A stretch of DNA of 64,000 nt, from contig NC_042998.1 in the NCBI RefSeq assembly GCF_006345805.1, positions 157,480,001 to 157,544,000 on the forward strand, given 5' to 3'. Below the pieces are notes generated by a model that worked only from the letters and a program-made list of their open reading frames with translations, searched no databases and was not told where the DNA came from. Both the position numbers and the translations under genes were made by a program. Source of the DNA: Octopus sinensis (lineage: Eukaryota). Shown here piece after piece: positions 25,607 to 37,968 of the stretch; position 1 is the first letter of the stretch, and the number at the start of each line of letters is the position of its first letter.

Positions 25607-26389
25607 ATTTATATTATTGTTGTTAATATATAAATTTATATATAATTTCTTGATAATTATTAGTTATGACATGTATATCTATTTATTTATTATGTTTATT
25701 ATTATTTTTATAATGTGATTTAACGTATTACATATAATTTAATTTGAGAAATAGTTTTGTAAGACAATATATTATTTAATAGTTAGGTGGTTTATTTATT
25801 ACGTAGTTTTACATTTAAATAAATAAGTTTAATATTAATTGATATTTTGGTCCACTATACAATTGAGTGAAATATTAAATCTATAGATACTACATATATA
25901 TTAATAATATAGTTAGATTATATAATAGGCATGTATATATTTGAACCATTTCCTAATTTTAATTCTAAAATTTATAGTTTGTACTAGCATTATGTATATT
26001 ACTTAACGCTAGGTTTTTAATATAATATACTTAATGGGAATAAGATTTTATTTAGATGTTTATTAAATAAATAAATTACTTAATAATTTAGTTTAATGTG
26101 TATATATTAAATTATAGTATTTAGTTTTCACTTAGTGTATATTTTGTATATATAACTTTTAAATTATCTAATTAATTGTATTTTAATTTCTAGTAATAAT
26201 GATATATTATTGTTTATTATTCTTTTCTTATATATGTTAAAATTTTATTTTTATAGATATAATAAATATTGATACTTTTTATTCTATTTTTTATTTACAC
26301 AAGAATACATTTGTTAAGATATTTCGTATTTTACAAGATTATATATGTATATTCATTAATTTACCTAATTATTGTATTGTTTTTATCTT

Positions 26390-26452
26390 TAACCTGAAGA
26401 GTGATTTTACTGTTAAAATTTCTTAAATATTGCCACGAAACACGTGTAGTTA
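26390..26452 (+). ncRNA. Minimal type I hammerhead ribozyme, canonical core (PLE pLTR type)
   Basis: TAAC CTGAAGA GTG (30-nt loop) CAC GAAA CACGTGTA GTTA: stem I taac/gtta, palindromic stem III ACACGTGT, GUA triplet. Confidence 0.75.
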
Positions 26453-26929
26453 TTCTAACAAATATATACGTTTTATTTATTATTTTCACATTACTTAAGT
26501 TTAATATTAATTGATATTTGAAACTGTGATTTCACTCCGTTTATAGGTTCTGGTATATGTTTTATCTTATATTTAATCTTTCTATAAGATGTAATCTTTT
26601 CTAAATGGTATAATTTAATTTTTTCACTATTGAGAGATTAAAATGAAGAATTAAAAAAAAAATTTCCGCTTCTTATTTCTGAGTGTGGTTCATAAAATAA
26701 TATAGTGGTAGTATTGAGTTAGATGATCGACAAAATATTGAGTAGCACGTAGCCCAGAGAGAGAATAATTTTGTTTGTTTATGTTCTTTTGAAAGTAATG
26801 GCAAGAAAGTAGCTGCATAACTGAAAAACAAGCGAATATTTGATTACTTATCAACGGACATATTTGTCTATCTAGATGAAATTTTAGAGCATATATATAG
26901 ATATTCTGTTTCATAAGGTATAATCATAA

Positions 26930-27150
26930 TATTACGGAGATGTACTTGCATAGCAAGTGATTTGATCTGAGATCGTGTGCTGAAACGAAAACAATTGCAG
27001 CGTTGAAGGTGTTTGTAAGCCATTTAAGAAACACACAAAAGCCGTTCGATTCACTTCAACATTTAAGTTTAATTTGTCAAAATATTTTCGTCGCTTTAAG
27101 ACCGCGACCTGTTCACTGACAAAAATCCGTGCTGCATCATAATATTTATA
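26930..27150 (-). mobile_element. Dispersed repeat, probably PLE terminal-repeat derived
   Basis: Segment 26993-27056 recurs inverted at about 58337-58402; carries the hammerhead at 27073-27123. Confidence 0.55.
27073..27123 (-). ncRNA. Minimal type I hammerhead ribozyme with G3:C8 core covariation
   Basis: Reverse complement TTTGTCA GTGAACA G GTCGC ggtcttaaa GCGAC GAAA ATATTT TGACAAA: 7-bp stem I, 5-bp stem II, palindromic stem III AATATT. Confidence 0.7.
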
Positions 27151-28030
27151 CAATGAAAAAAAGCGATATAGAACATCATACTATATCGATAGATTTCGCT
27201 ACAAATCTAAAGCAAATAAAAGACATGCTTTATAGACATAATGGGTTCAATCTAAATATTTATAATGTTTCTCCTTCTTTTTGATTCGATACTAAATGTA
27301 TCAGTTTATATTCTTACAACTAAGCTTTTGACCTTATATTCGTTTCTGCTGAATAATATGTGAATATGGAACAATTTGATATATTATAGATTTATTTAGG
27401 TAGTGTTTTTAATTCCTGCGGATATTGTACTATGCAAATTAACACAAAAGTATTGACACAACTCACTGACATACGTCGATTAAGTGACAAATAAAAGTAT
27501 ACTGACCTATAGGAAAAAATAAAATGGTGATTGTATTTTTATCTTTGCAATTACAGAATTAGCATATAAACCGAACACTTATATATGTGTGAGAGTGAGT
27601 AAGCATTTATGTGTGTGTGTATATGTGTGTGTAGGTGAGTAGGTGTGTGTGTGCGTGTTGGTATGTGTGAAAAAGTGTGGGAAAGAGTATGTGTGTATGT
27701 TTGAGTCTTTGCGTGTGTGTGGTTGTATGCGACTATTTGAGTGCGTGTGTGTGAATGTGTAAACGATTCGATTTGATAAAAATAAAGATTGGCATTATGG
27801 CGTGGTTTACAGTAATCGAAAGCCATCTTCATTGATACGATCTTGCTCGCCATTAGACTACATGGTTTCACGGTTCTTCGATTCAAATTTATTGTGTATA
27901 TTACATTGAAAGAATCATTCCTGCATTCTAAAATACATAGTTAGCAGATTGTTATCCATCCATCGCTATTTATGTCTGAAAGTGTGTATATGTATGCATG
28001 TGTTTTTAAAAGTATATGTGTATATATATA

Positions 28031-28111
<81 letters not shown>

Positions 28112-28449
28112 TGTGTGTAAGTGTGTGTCTACAGATAAATAGCTAGATAGCTAGATAGATATATTGATAAACAGATGTATAGATAGATACAGCGATAAGA
28201 AGATGTGCATATACACATACTCAGAAACACGCACAAAATAAAAATATTATTTTATCATTCACGTGCTCAGTCATTTATATTTTGCCATTACATTCCATCT
28301 GGTAGAATATTTGATTCATACATTAGCTTCTTGGTGCTTTATACTTGATGTGATCATTTGATCATTTAAGTTTTATCGAAGTGGCTGAGAAAAATAAAGG
28401 TGGTTTTTAGGATTAACATTGTTTCCTAGCTCTCTTTGCTTGGAGTGGG

Positions 28450-28900
28450 GAATCTTGTGACATTCATTGTACTCTATAGTTGTTGGAAACAGTTCAGAGA
28501 AAATGAAGACTTTGCATTCGTTGTGGCACAGTTTACGAACGGTAACGAGGTGGGAGTATCAACATCTTTGTCATCAGAATGCTTTCAGCGCGTTGTTGAA
28601 ATTCTTTAACGAACTGTTCGTCTGCAGACGTTCAGAACTGCGCCTCCACTGTTCAATAACCATGATTTTTGGCATAGGATTTAAACATTCTTCAGTAAAC
28701 ATGAAGTTTACTTTTTTGTGCCATCCTTCTATTTGGTGCAGTATACCTTTTGTAGACTATCATGAATGTCATAATTTATTATTTCAGTGGGTCTGTATAT
28801 TACTTCCTTGTAAAGATATGTTCTATATATGGGGAAGTTCTGCGTTTATATATGCAAGTTGGAGACTGACTGCTACACATATATTTCACACATTATTCAA
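28450..28900 (-). pseudogene. Possible MULE-like transposase relic
   Basis: Minus-strand DIHDSLQ..QIEGWHKKVN resembles the WNVHDR..TNNxxEGWH motif of MULE-type transposases; heavily degraded. Confidence 0.3.
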
Positions 28901-29140
28901 TCGAAACAATGCTAAATTTCAATCTCACAGAACACGCAACCAACCAACACCTACCCTATCAGTTACAGCTTTAGCAACTATTTTGCAGCTCTACGCATAA
29001 TAGATCTTATCTCCATAAGGCGATGACATACCGAATAAATGTAACCCTAAGAGACGGATACCAAAGAATTTATACTGAACTTGCAGAACAAAAATTTTTG
29101 AGGAGAATTAACGTTTCAAGGACATATACACAAATATTAA

Positions 29141-29520
29141 TGGAGGCGCGATGGCCCAGTGATTAGGGCAGTGGACTCACGGTCATAGGATCGTGGTTTC
29201 GATTCCCAGACCGGACGTTGTGAGTGATTATTGAGCGAAAACACCTAAAGCTCTACGAGGCCCCGGCAGAGAGTAGTGGCGAACTCTGCTGTACGCTTTC
29301 GCCACAACTCTCTCTCACTCTTTCTTCCTGTTTCTGTTGTAACTTTATTTCAAAGGGCCAGCTTTGTCACACGCTGTGTCACGCTGAATCTCCACGAGAA
29401 CTACGTTAAGGGTACACGTGTCTGTGTAGTGCTCAGACACTTCCGCATTAATTTCACGAGCAGGGTGTTCCATTGATCGGATCAACTGGAAACCTCGTCG
29501 TTGTAACCGACGGAATGCCA
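29141..29520 (+). mobile_element. tRNA-derived SINE (third family)
   Basis: A-box tggcccagtgatt and B-box ggtttcgattccc; core gccagctttgtcacacgctg shared with 56423-56680. Confidence 0.85.
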
Positions 29521-29879
29521 CCCAAATATGTACAAGAATAAATGGATAATATTTGTTAACAAATTTGGAATAAAAAGTTTGGATTCAATGAATTGCTATT
29601 TTGAATACACATAATGAATTTGAGGTAAAAAGAATATTTTAATATTAGGCATTTCGCTTAGTTTCATTAAGTGGTGTCTTTATCATGGAAGAAAGTTTGC
29701 AGTTACCTGGTCGATATTGCTTTGCATGTTGTCAAAGAATTCTGATCCTTTGCCCAATCACATACGCTACTCTGTGCCCACAATTCAAATTCCTCTGAAT
29801 TATATTTCCAACGAATGAGGGCATCTTGGTCGACTTGAAAGAAAGAGCAGTCAAATAATCCCTAGATTACACTATCTTC

Positions 29880-30520
29880 GTCGTCAGGTACGCCTGCAGC
29901 GCATTGATGACACTAAAACGAAAGTCTTCCTGATTAACCGCGAGTTCTCCAGTCGCTTGACCAACCAGCCTGCTTCTTCATCTGCTATCATCCATTGTTT
30001 TCTACTCTAGGCACAAGGCCTGAAATTTTGGGGGAGGGGCCAGTCGATTAGATCGCTTCCAGTACTTAATTTATCGATCCCGAAAAGATAACAGGCAAAG
30101 TCAACTGCGGTGGAATTTGAACTCAGAACATAAAGACAGACGAAATATCTCTAAGTATTTCGCCCGGTGGGCTAACGTTTCTGCCAGCTCGTCGCCTTAC
30201 TACCATCTACTCTTGCTTCCATGATAGTGTTTTCCAGATTTCTGCTCCTTCAAATATTGCCATAATAAATGAGCTTTTGTTTTTTTTTCACAATGTTCAA
30301 GAGTTGTCGCCTTTCACCTACTTGTAAGACCTATTCATTTGTTTGATGGTCATTGTAAGTGACTGGCAACATTCTCCTATAAACATACTTATCAAACGCA
30401 TTGATTATGTCTTTTTAAATTTGTTCCAAATCCATGCTTCGCGACCATATGTGACAATGGACTAAATAGCGCTCCCGCTGTCACTATTCAAATGGGATAC
30501 TTTTGCTACTCCATGAAAAT
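29880..30520 (-). mobile_element. RTE-clade LINE 3' fragment, split by a SINE
   Basis: SIVTYGREAW..INAFDKYVYRRMLPV..TNE*VLQVGERRQLLNIV..IYYGNI resembles the RTE RT C-terminus. Confidence 0.65.
30003..30200 (-). mobile_element. SINE (second family)
   Basis: ggcacaaggcctgaaattttgggg...gcaaagtcaac..gaatttgaactcagaac. Confidence 0.85.
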
Positions 30521-30944
30521 TCTTGCCATGGCTAACTATCCCATATTCCTTTCTTACATATGGCATTATCAGAGATTTTACGTTAATACACTGTTGGTGG
30601 TAAGGGTGTCTGCTCAGGGAACAAATGGGACCAAACAATGGTAGCAAGGCACTTTAATTAAATGACAAGCAAGATGGAACACAGGGAAGTACGTCGGGGA
30701 TGAGTTGTGTCAAGTATGAATTCTTCTGTCAAGCGACAATTGTTTGCTTCAGAACTATCAAAATAGAAATCTATATATAAAGCCCTAAGAATCATGGGTA
30801 GATGTGTGGTTAAGTTTCTGTGTGAGTGTGTATCGGTGGGAGAGAGAGAGAGAGAAATTAACAGACAGAAAGAGAAAGAAATTTGATAAACAATTGCATT
30901 CGAAAATGCTTAATCAGTAACAATATTTGCGTGTATGTGTTTGT

Positions 30945-31013
<69 letters not shown>

Positions 31014-31060
31014 CACATTTATGTATATAAATTTATAATTATATATATATATATATATAT

Positions 31061-31870
31061 GGTGTTTCAAAAAAATTAATATCGTTTCGCAATCTAATAA
31101 CATGTGTAGAAATTTTATGTCTAATGTTTGATATGTTTATCTTTTCAGGTATAGAAATAGCATTCACTGGAAGAGAAGAGGCGTTTTGTGTGTTGGAGTA
31201 TTCTCGAACACAAGACTGTGCAGCGTGCATTTGTGAGAATGTTCTCTAAAAAGTCACCAACGGTAATGCAAATTTGGACATGCCACAAAAAATTCAAAGA
31301 GGAAGGCTCTCTGTGCAGGGCAAAATGATCTGGACGACCACTAACATCGGAAGAGATGGTCGAGCAAGTTCACCAAAAACTCTTGCGAAGCCCCAGGAAG
31401 TCCATAATAACATGTCTGGAAACCCAGATTCTTCGAACGACAGTTTGGCGCGTCCTGAAGAAACGCTTGGTAATGTAACCCTACAAACTGCAGCTCGTTC
31501 AGGCCACAACGGCAGATGACAAGCGAAAGCGCAAATGTAGGGCTATGTGAAGGGCTTGGTGTATGTCCCCCCTCTTCCTGCAAACCTAGAGGAACTCGAG
31601 CAGAGAATCACTGTTGCCCAAGACATGAAGCAGCGTATTTGGGAGGAGATGGACTACCGACTAGACATGTGCCATGTCTCAGGCGGTGGGTATATTGAAA
31701 ATTTGTGAAATCGTTCATGGAATCCACATACCTTTGAATTTCTCATTCAAATTTGAAGGAATAAATCTTATGTTGCTCAACATTAAGCCTGTTTAGTTTG
31801 ATTTATTTTGACTATGTAATTTCTGCGATATTTACATCTCAAATGAAATCAAATTTTTTGAAACACCTTG
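31061..31870 (+). mobile_element. Internally deleted Tc1/mariner element (DD37D/maT-like)
   Basis: TIRs ggtgtttcaaaaaaatt / aattttttgaaacaccttg-TA; N-term AFCVLEY..TVQRAF..KKFKEEG..SGRP joined directly to C-term GYVKGLVYVPPLPANLEELEQRI; catalytic middle missing. Confidence 0.8.
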
Positions 31871-33499
31871 TATGTATATGCATGCGTGTATATATGTATG
31901 TATTACAGCAATATGTTAATACTGTATATCACTGTTGTTTTGGAAAATTTATTTGGTCTGTACATTTTGTGTTTGCATTCAAAGTTTCTATGCATCGAAT
32001 TTGCTTTTTATCCTTCTTTGAAAGATGAAATATATATCAGAAATACATTAGACGTTTCTCCTTTGTTGCCACAAAGTCATAATCGTTGGTTTTCGGTTGG
32101 TATTAATTATAGGATATATATTTTAAAGCACGGTGCATTAAGCTGATTAAAAATTATGTAAATATAGCAGTGGATTCGATAGAGCGATTTTGAATTTATA
32201 TCCATTTCAGGTCTACTTGCTGTTTAAGATGAAACAGTTGGTGATTTATTTATTTGTCAAAGTTAAAAACTGCGTTATAATCATGAAACATACGTGCAGT
32301 CTAGAGACCGAAACCACAGAAAAAGTAAAAGAAAATTTATTTACGGAATCGCATTACTTTTGAATTTTAACACGTTAACTTCAGTTTTAATGCTGTACAG
32401 CAGTAAGTTTTCACTAGTGGAGGATTAAATAACAAACTCTGAGAGTCTGTAAGAAAAGACACGAATGTTGATTTATCGTCTGTGTGGAGGAAATGTTTCA
32501 ATATCAATTGAATCTTCATTTTTGACAATGTCTGGTAATTAAAATCTCATTTGATATTTTTATTTCCTTTCGAAGTATAAATCAATAAACTTTTAAAGAT
32601 AGATTTCCAAAACGAGAAATTAATCATCACATCACTGCAATTATATATATTTTCGTTTTTGTTTTCTCTCTGACGCATGTTTAACTATTTTCAAATAGTT
32701 ACAGGCAATAACAAATAAATTTCTATTAATTTATTCAAAACGAGGACTTCAGGTGCATTCTCCATCCTATGAATGTCCGGTCTGTGTTTGTAATTTTTAC
32801 TAATTGGAATTTGAATACGATCGCAATTAGGCAGCGCAAAAGAAATATTTAAATATAGGCGGTAGTGTGTTCAATACTTCATTGATGATTTGCTCGAAAA
32901 AATACAATCCGGAATGCCTTCTGTCTTTTGCCATCGAACAATAAATAAATATTTCTTCATTGTTCCATCACTGATATATGCATTGTTTCAATAGATTTTC
33001 AGTGGCATTGATCAATCATCCGGTATCATTGTTAATCACTATTATAAAAGGAGTAAATTTCGAAATCAGTAATTAAAATTACATATTGCCCTATCAAAGT
33101 AACATCTCTAGATCAATGCAATAAAATGCGTTACATCGTTTAATCACAGAATATTAATTAAATCGATACGTTAGATCATGTACGAGAGCAATTAAGTTTG
33201 GGTAAGAAGATTAATATAAAATATGTATTCTCTAATCATTACATAGTTGAACCTTTCAGAGACGGCTGTTAAACCTTTATGCAACTGTTCCATAGATGTG
33301 TAATAATTCATATGTGTGGATATGCTTTAAAATTAATATCAAACACTTATGTTCCAAGCAATACAAATGATGAAATTTTAATAAATAAATAATGTAATGC
33401 AAACTCTTTGTAGTTGTAGCACATAATGCTAAAAGATCTATCTTATTGAATATTCTGTAACAGAACGTGAAAACTTACGAAATGCCCCTGAGGAAAATG

Positions 33500-33675
33500 C
33501 ATAGCGGCATTTAGTTCATTTTTACGTGCTGATTTCAAATTCTGCTGAGGATGACTTTGCCTTTCTTCCTTACGGAGTCGATAAAATAAGTACCAGTTGA
33601 GCTCTGAGGTCAACGTAATCGACTTATCCTCTTCCCCTAAACTGATGGCATTGAGCCAAGATTTGAAACCAATAA
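33500..33675 (+). mobile_element. SINE (second family) whose tail was the Chapaev3 target
   Basis: gactttgcctttc..gtcgataaaataagtaccagttgagc..atttgaaaccaataa. Confidence 0.8.
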
Positions 33676-35839
33676 CACTGTGCAACAAATTTCGGGTGCC
33701 AAAAAGTACAAGTTAAATAAGACTTGTTTCTGGGTCAAAAAGTGTCCTGATTCTGATTCTTTATTTCTCCAGATTAGGCACCGTTTTCCCGTACCATGAA
33801 CCATATTTTTTATAATATACTGCATAATATTGTGTATTGAACACAACATTGCAAATACTGAAAGTTACAAAAAACGAAACAAAAAATTTAGTTGGTATGA
33901 CAAAATATATATTGGTTATGAATTAAAAAAGACACCTATCAATTTAAACAACTTTTGACCTTCTAAGCCTCTTGTGCGGAGTGTGATCTTTTTTTATACC
34001 CCAGAAGTAGTCTGCCAACATGCCAGGTCCCATTTTCCTTTGAATTGTCGCTCCATCACTGAAATATCCTGATGGAATCTTTCACCATGTTCATCACTCA
34101 CATCACCAAGATTTTCCGCCAAAAATCCAAACGAGAGTGAAGCACATGAGCTTTTAGAGACATGTTACATCCCGTATCATGATAATGTCTCAGCAGATCA
34201 TTCACAACTTGCACATTGTCTTCTGAATGGTGTTTGCCCAGGAAGTTGTCGTAAACTTTCTTGAATGGCTCAAATGCAAGCTTCTCTTTTCTCTTGAGAT
34301 ATGTGATGAAGGTTTCATCAAGTACAATTTTTCGAATTGGGGGACCTATGAAGAAACCTTCTTTAATTTTAGCTTGACTCTGGGAAGGGAACCTTTTTGC
34401 AAGATATGCAAATTTTGAGGAATCCTTGTCCAAGGCTTTCACAAATTGCTTAAACAAACCAAGTTTAATATGCAAAGGTGGTAAAAAAATTCCATCACTT
34501 TCCACAAGTAGTTTGTGCATGATGTTGCGTTTTCCTTGCTCAATTTCCTCTTGGATCGCACAATCCTTCTATTCATAATGTTCAGCTCTTGCTCTGCAAT
34601 TCCATAAGCACATGAAGCAGCAAAATATAGTATAGCCAAGCTGAAGGCCAGTAAGCATGGCCACAACCTTAAAATCTGCACAAATATGCCAGGTATGGTT
34701 ATCATACTGTATGCTTGTTAGAATTGCTTTCAGATTTTCATATGATTCTTTAATGGTTGTGCTATAAGCTATGGGAACAGAAAGCAGAGTGCTAGCATTG
34801 TGTAGCAGAACAGCTTTGATGCTGTCCTTGGGTACATCGTATGGTATTTCCAGTTGCTCAAAAAGTTCAGTGATATCATTACAAAAGCATAAGTCATCCT
34901 TCATGGTGAATAATGCAAGCAGATCCTTTGTACGTTTTCTGTACAGTGTTATCTTCACTCCTTTCTCAAGAAGGTTACGTTCTTGAAGCCTTGATACCAG
35001 AAACTCACTTTTCTCTTAGGTTAAATAGAGATCTCTGCACAAGTAATTTAGAGCCTCTTGAGAAAATGGTATTGGTTTATTCTCCCTTTCTAGATCATTG
35101 GGCTCCACATATTCACCACTGGAATGTTCATCAGCACTGCTGGAACTCTGCATTTCTAGATCTGGAGATTTGGGCACAGGTAAATTTTCTGAGTGTTCTA
35201 CAGGGTGCATTGCTGATTTCAAGTTTGGTTAAACAATGTGTTTCTTTTTCTTTGCTGTAGTACAGCCTGCAAAGTCGTGGTGACAGAAATAGCAATCATT
35301 AGTGTGATTTTTCTGCTTACACTAAATCATTGGCACACCAAACTTCATGTGAACATTTTTCCTGCATATGTCAATGTCTTGACACATGTAAAGCAACACA
35401 CATGAGGAGCCTATGACTTATCCTGGTCTCCTAAGTAACAATCGAAGTACGCCTTGTATATTTTCTTGATATGGCGCTTTTACTTAACAAAAGTCACTTA
35501 CCCACAGATATAACAGAATCTGTTTGGATCATTTTTGCAGTGTCTTGCACTCATTGTTGAAAACAAATAAGATCTGAAAGATAAAAAATAACATTAAACA
35601 CAAGCTTTGAATCACATTGTAGGTGTTACTAAAATTGGTCTCTAGCACTGGGTTGAAACCCATTTTACAATGCGGAAGAGAATTTTATTTAATAACAATG
35701 ACAAAAAGAGTATACAGTGACAATTCTGTAGAAACCATGCCTAATTCAACAAAAAGAAGGCCAGAAATGGATTTCCCATGTCATTTTGCATATAAAAATG
35801 GCCACAGATTTCTTGTACTTTTTTGAGTGTTGCACAGTG
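33676..35839 (-). mobile_element. Complete Chapaev3-type (CMC) DNA transposon, transposase frameshifted
   Basis: TIRs CACTGTGCAACA..AAAAAGTACAAG at both ends, TAA duplicated at 33673-75 and 35840-42; FLPPLHIKLGLFKQFVKAL, ICADFKVVAMLTGLQLGYT..CFMCLW, MSLKAHVLHS. Confidence 0.88.
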
Positions 35840-36419
35840 TAATTAGCGAAATTGAGATGTAAGTTTTCAGCGTGTAACTTTCAGTCTTCTGTTCTTACCT
35901 GACTTAATGTAGTCAGGCACAAATTCCGAGTTCAGAATGGAAACTATACGAGATCATTCGACTTGCAAAACAATAACAGTGAAATTTCCTTCAAATTATA
36001 CAAGTTGTATTAAAAAAGGGAGGAAACATTGAATGACTGATCCACATATTCCAGTAAAAAAACAAGAATGAAAAACACGAAATAGGAAAGCAAATTTATA
36101 AATGTTGGTGTTTAGGAATCCAACATCCATTTTATATTACAAAGGCGAAAAATAAAGGAAAAAGTCCAATAAACCTTATTTTAATAGCATTAATTATCTA
36201 TAAGAATATGAAATGAGTTAGAAAATTCTTTGCGAAATACTACCAATGTTTGTTTACAGTGTGTCAGAATGTATTAATTATAACGTAGAAAGAATCAAGT
36301 TGAATAATTTTGGATCGGATGTAACTTTAAGCGGGTACAAAAGTAAACTATGCACACTGTTGTTGCATTTGTGAAATTTCAGATATCATCTGGAGTAAAG
36401 ACGACAAAAGCTCAGGTTA

Positions 36420-36870
36420 AATTTGTTGTTCAGGCTTCCACCACTTAATGCAACTCTCAGGCATTAGTCTGCCGACGGGTGGCGTCGTTACAGGTCATAC
36501 TCCCATATGCTGCGTCTTTTGTAGTACTTGTTCCCTGTTCGTCGTTTTTTACAATGGCTGAAACGATGGAACAGCGTGCTTCCCTGAAATTCTGTTTTCT
36601 GCTTGGAAAAACAGCAACCTAAACAGTTGTCATGCTTCAAACAGCTTACAAGGACGCTGCCATAAGCAAAACACAAGTTTACGAGTGGTTTTCACGCTTT
36701 AGCAATGGTCACTCGTTGCTTGAAGACTAAACTCATTTAAGACGACCGTCGACCTCATGAATGAATGAAAACTTCATGAAAATTCATGAACTGAACCAGG
36801 AGTACTATCATTGAACAATTGACGAACTTGTTGATATGACTGGTATGTCCTGGAGCTTCAGGAAATAGTA
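36420..36870 (+). mobile_element. 5' fragment of the same mariner family as 8892-10172
   Basis: MEQRASLKFCFLLGKTAT..MLQTAYKDAAISKTQVYEWF; reverse-complement homologous to about 9700-10100. Confidence 0.85.
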
Positions 36871-37260
36871 AAGAAAAAAAAACGACGGAAGCGGTAAAAG
36901 GCATCACTTCGCAAGAGTTCTTATAAAACACATAACTAGATCTCAAAAAGTATAAAAATGAATAATCAATATATAATAAATAAAAAACTAAGTACGTTTC
37001 ATGGCAAAAATTAAATTTGAAATACAATTGAATTTAAATTTAATTAAAATGAATTCAATTTAAAATTATAGTCAATCTTCAGGTTAACAATAATTGTTAA
37101 ATAAATAAGCAAATATATTTAAACAATATTTATTTAAAAAATAAATGAAATAATTTTTTTCTTAAAGAAGAAACTCCATTAACTAAATTTGAAACTTAAA
37201 ATTTTAGGATTATTTCCTAAAACGGATTTATTATGTTAAATATATACACATACATACACA

Positions 37261-37438
37261 TGCATATATAGGTACAGGACATTACCATCGGTGCAAATAA
37301 CATAACATACGTAAACAACGAGATGAAAAATGGAAAACAGGACAAGTATCTTTTCTCTTTTCAAAAAAAGTCTTCTTTCTGTTTACGTATTTCATGTCAT
37401 TTGCAACATTGGTTATGTCCTGTACCCATACATGCATA
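37261..37438. mobile_element. MITE with about 57-bp imperfect TIRs in a TA-rich site
   Basis: tgcatatataggtacaggacattacc..tacgtaaaca versus tgtttacgta..ggttatgtcctgtacccatacatgca. Confidence 0.7.
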
Positions 37439-37848
37439 TATATATATATATATGTATATATGAATGCATACTATTATAGTGTGTATATGACTAGTTAGCT
37501 TCAAAACCACGTGGTTTCGAGGAATAGGTGACTTCTACTACAGCCTTAGGCCGACTAATGTATAGCATACAAATTTGGTAGACAGAAACTGGGTAAACCC
37601 TAGTATGTATGGATATATATTTGGTTTCTCTTTTAGATTGTCATCGCTAGAGAAACGGTGCAGATTTATGTCCATGCAGATTAGCCGTCTCGTTATAAGG
37701 TTTGATTGACCACAGTACACATTTTTAATAAACGACTCACACATTAACTGCGATCAATCTAGAGTCCTAGAAAGTGACTACTCCAGCTTCTCACAGTTAA
37801 CGGTTGAAGGAAGTAAAAGAATAGAAGAAATTATATATATAGGTATAT

Positions 37849-37924
<76 letters not shown>

Positions 37925-37936
37925 ATATATATGTAT

Positions 37937-37968
<32 letters not shown>

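Noticed and set aside
28467-29000. 177-aa plus-strand ORF
   Set aside because: No recognisable domain; likely the antisense of a decayed transposase
29141-29215. tRNA-like A/B boxes here and at 56423-56480
   Set aside because: These are SINE heads followed by SINE bodies, with no complete cloverleaf
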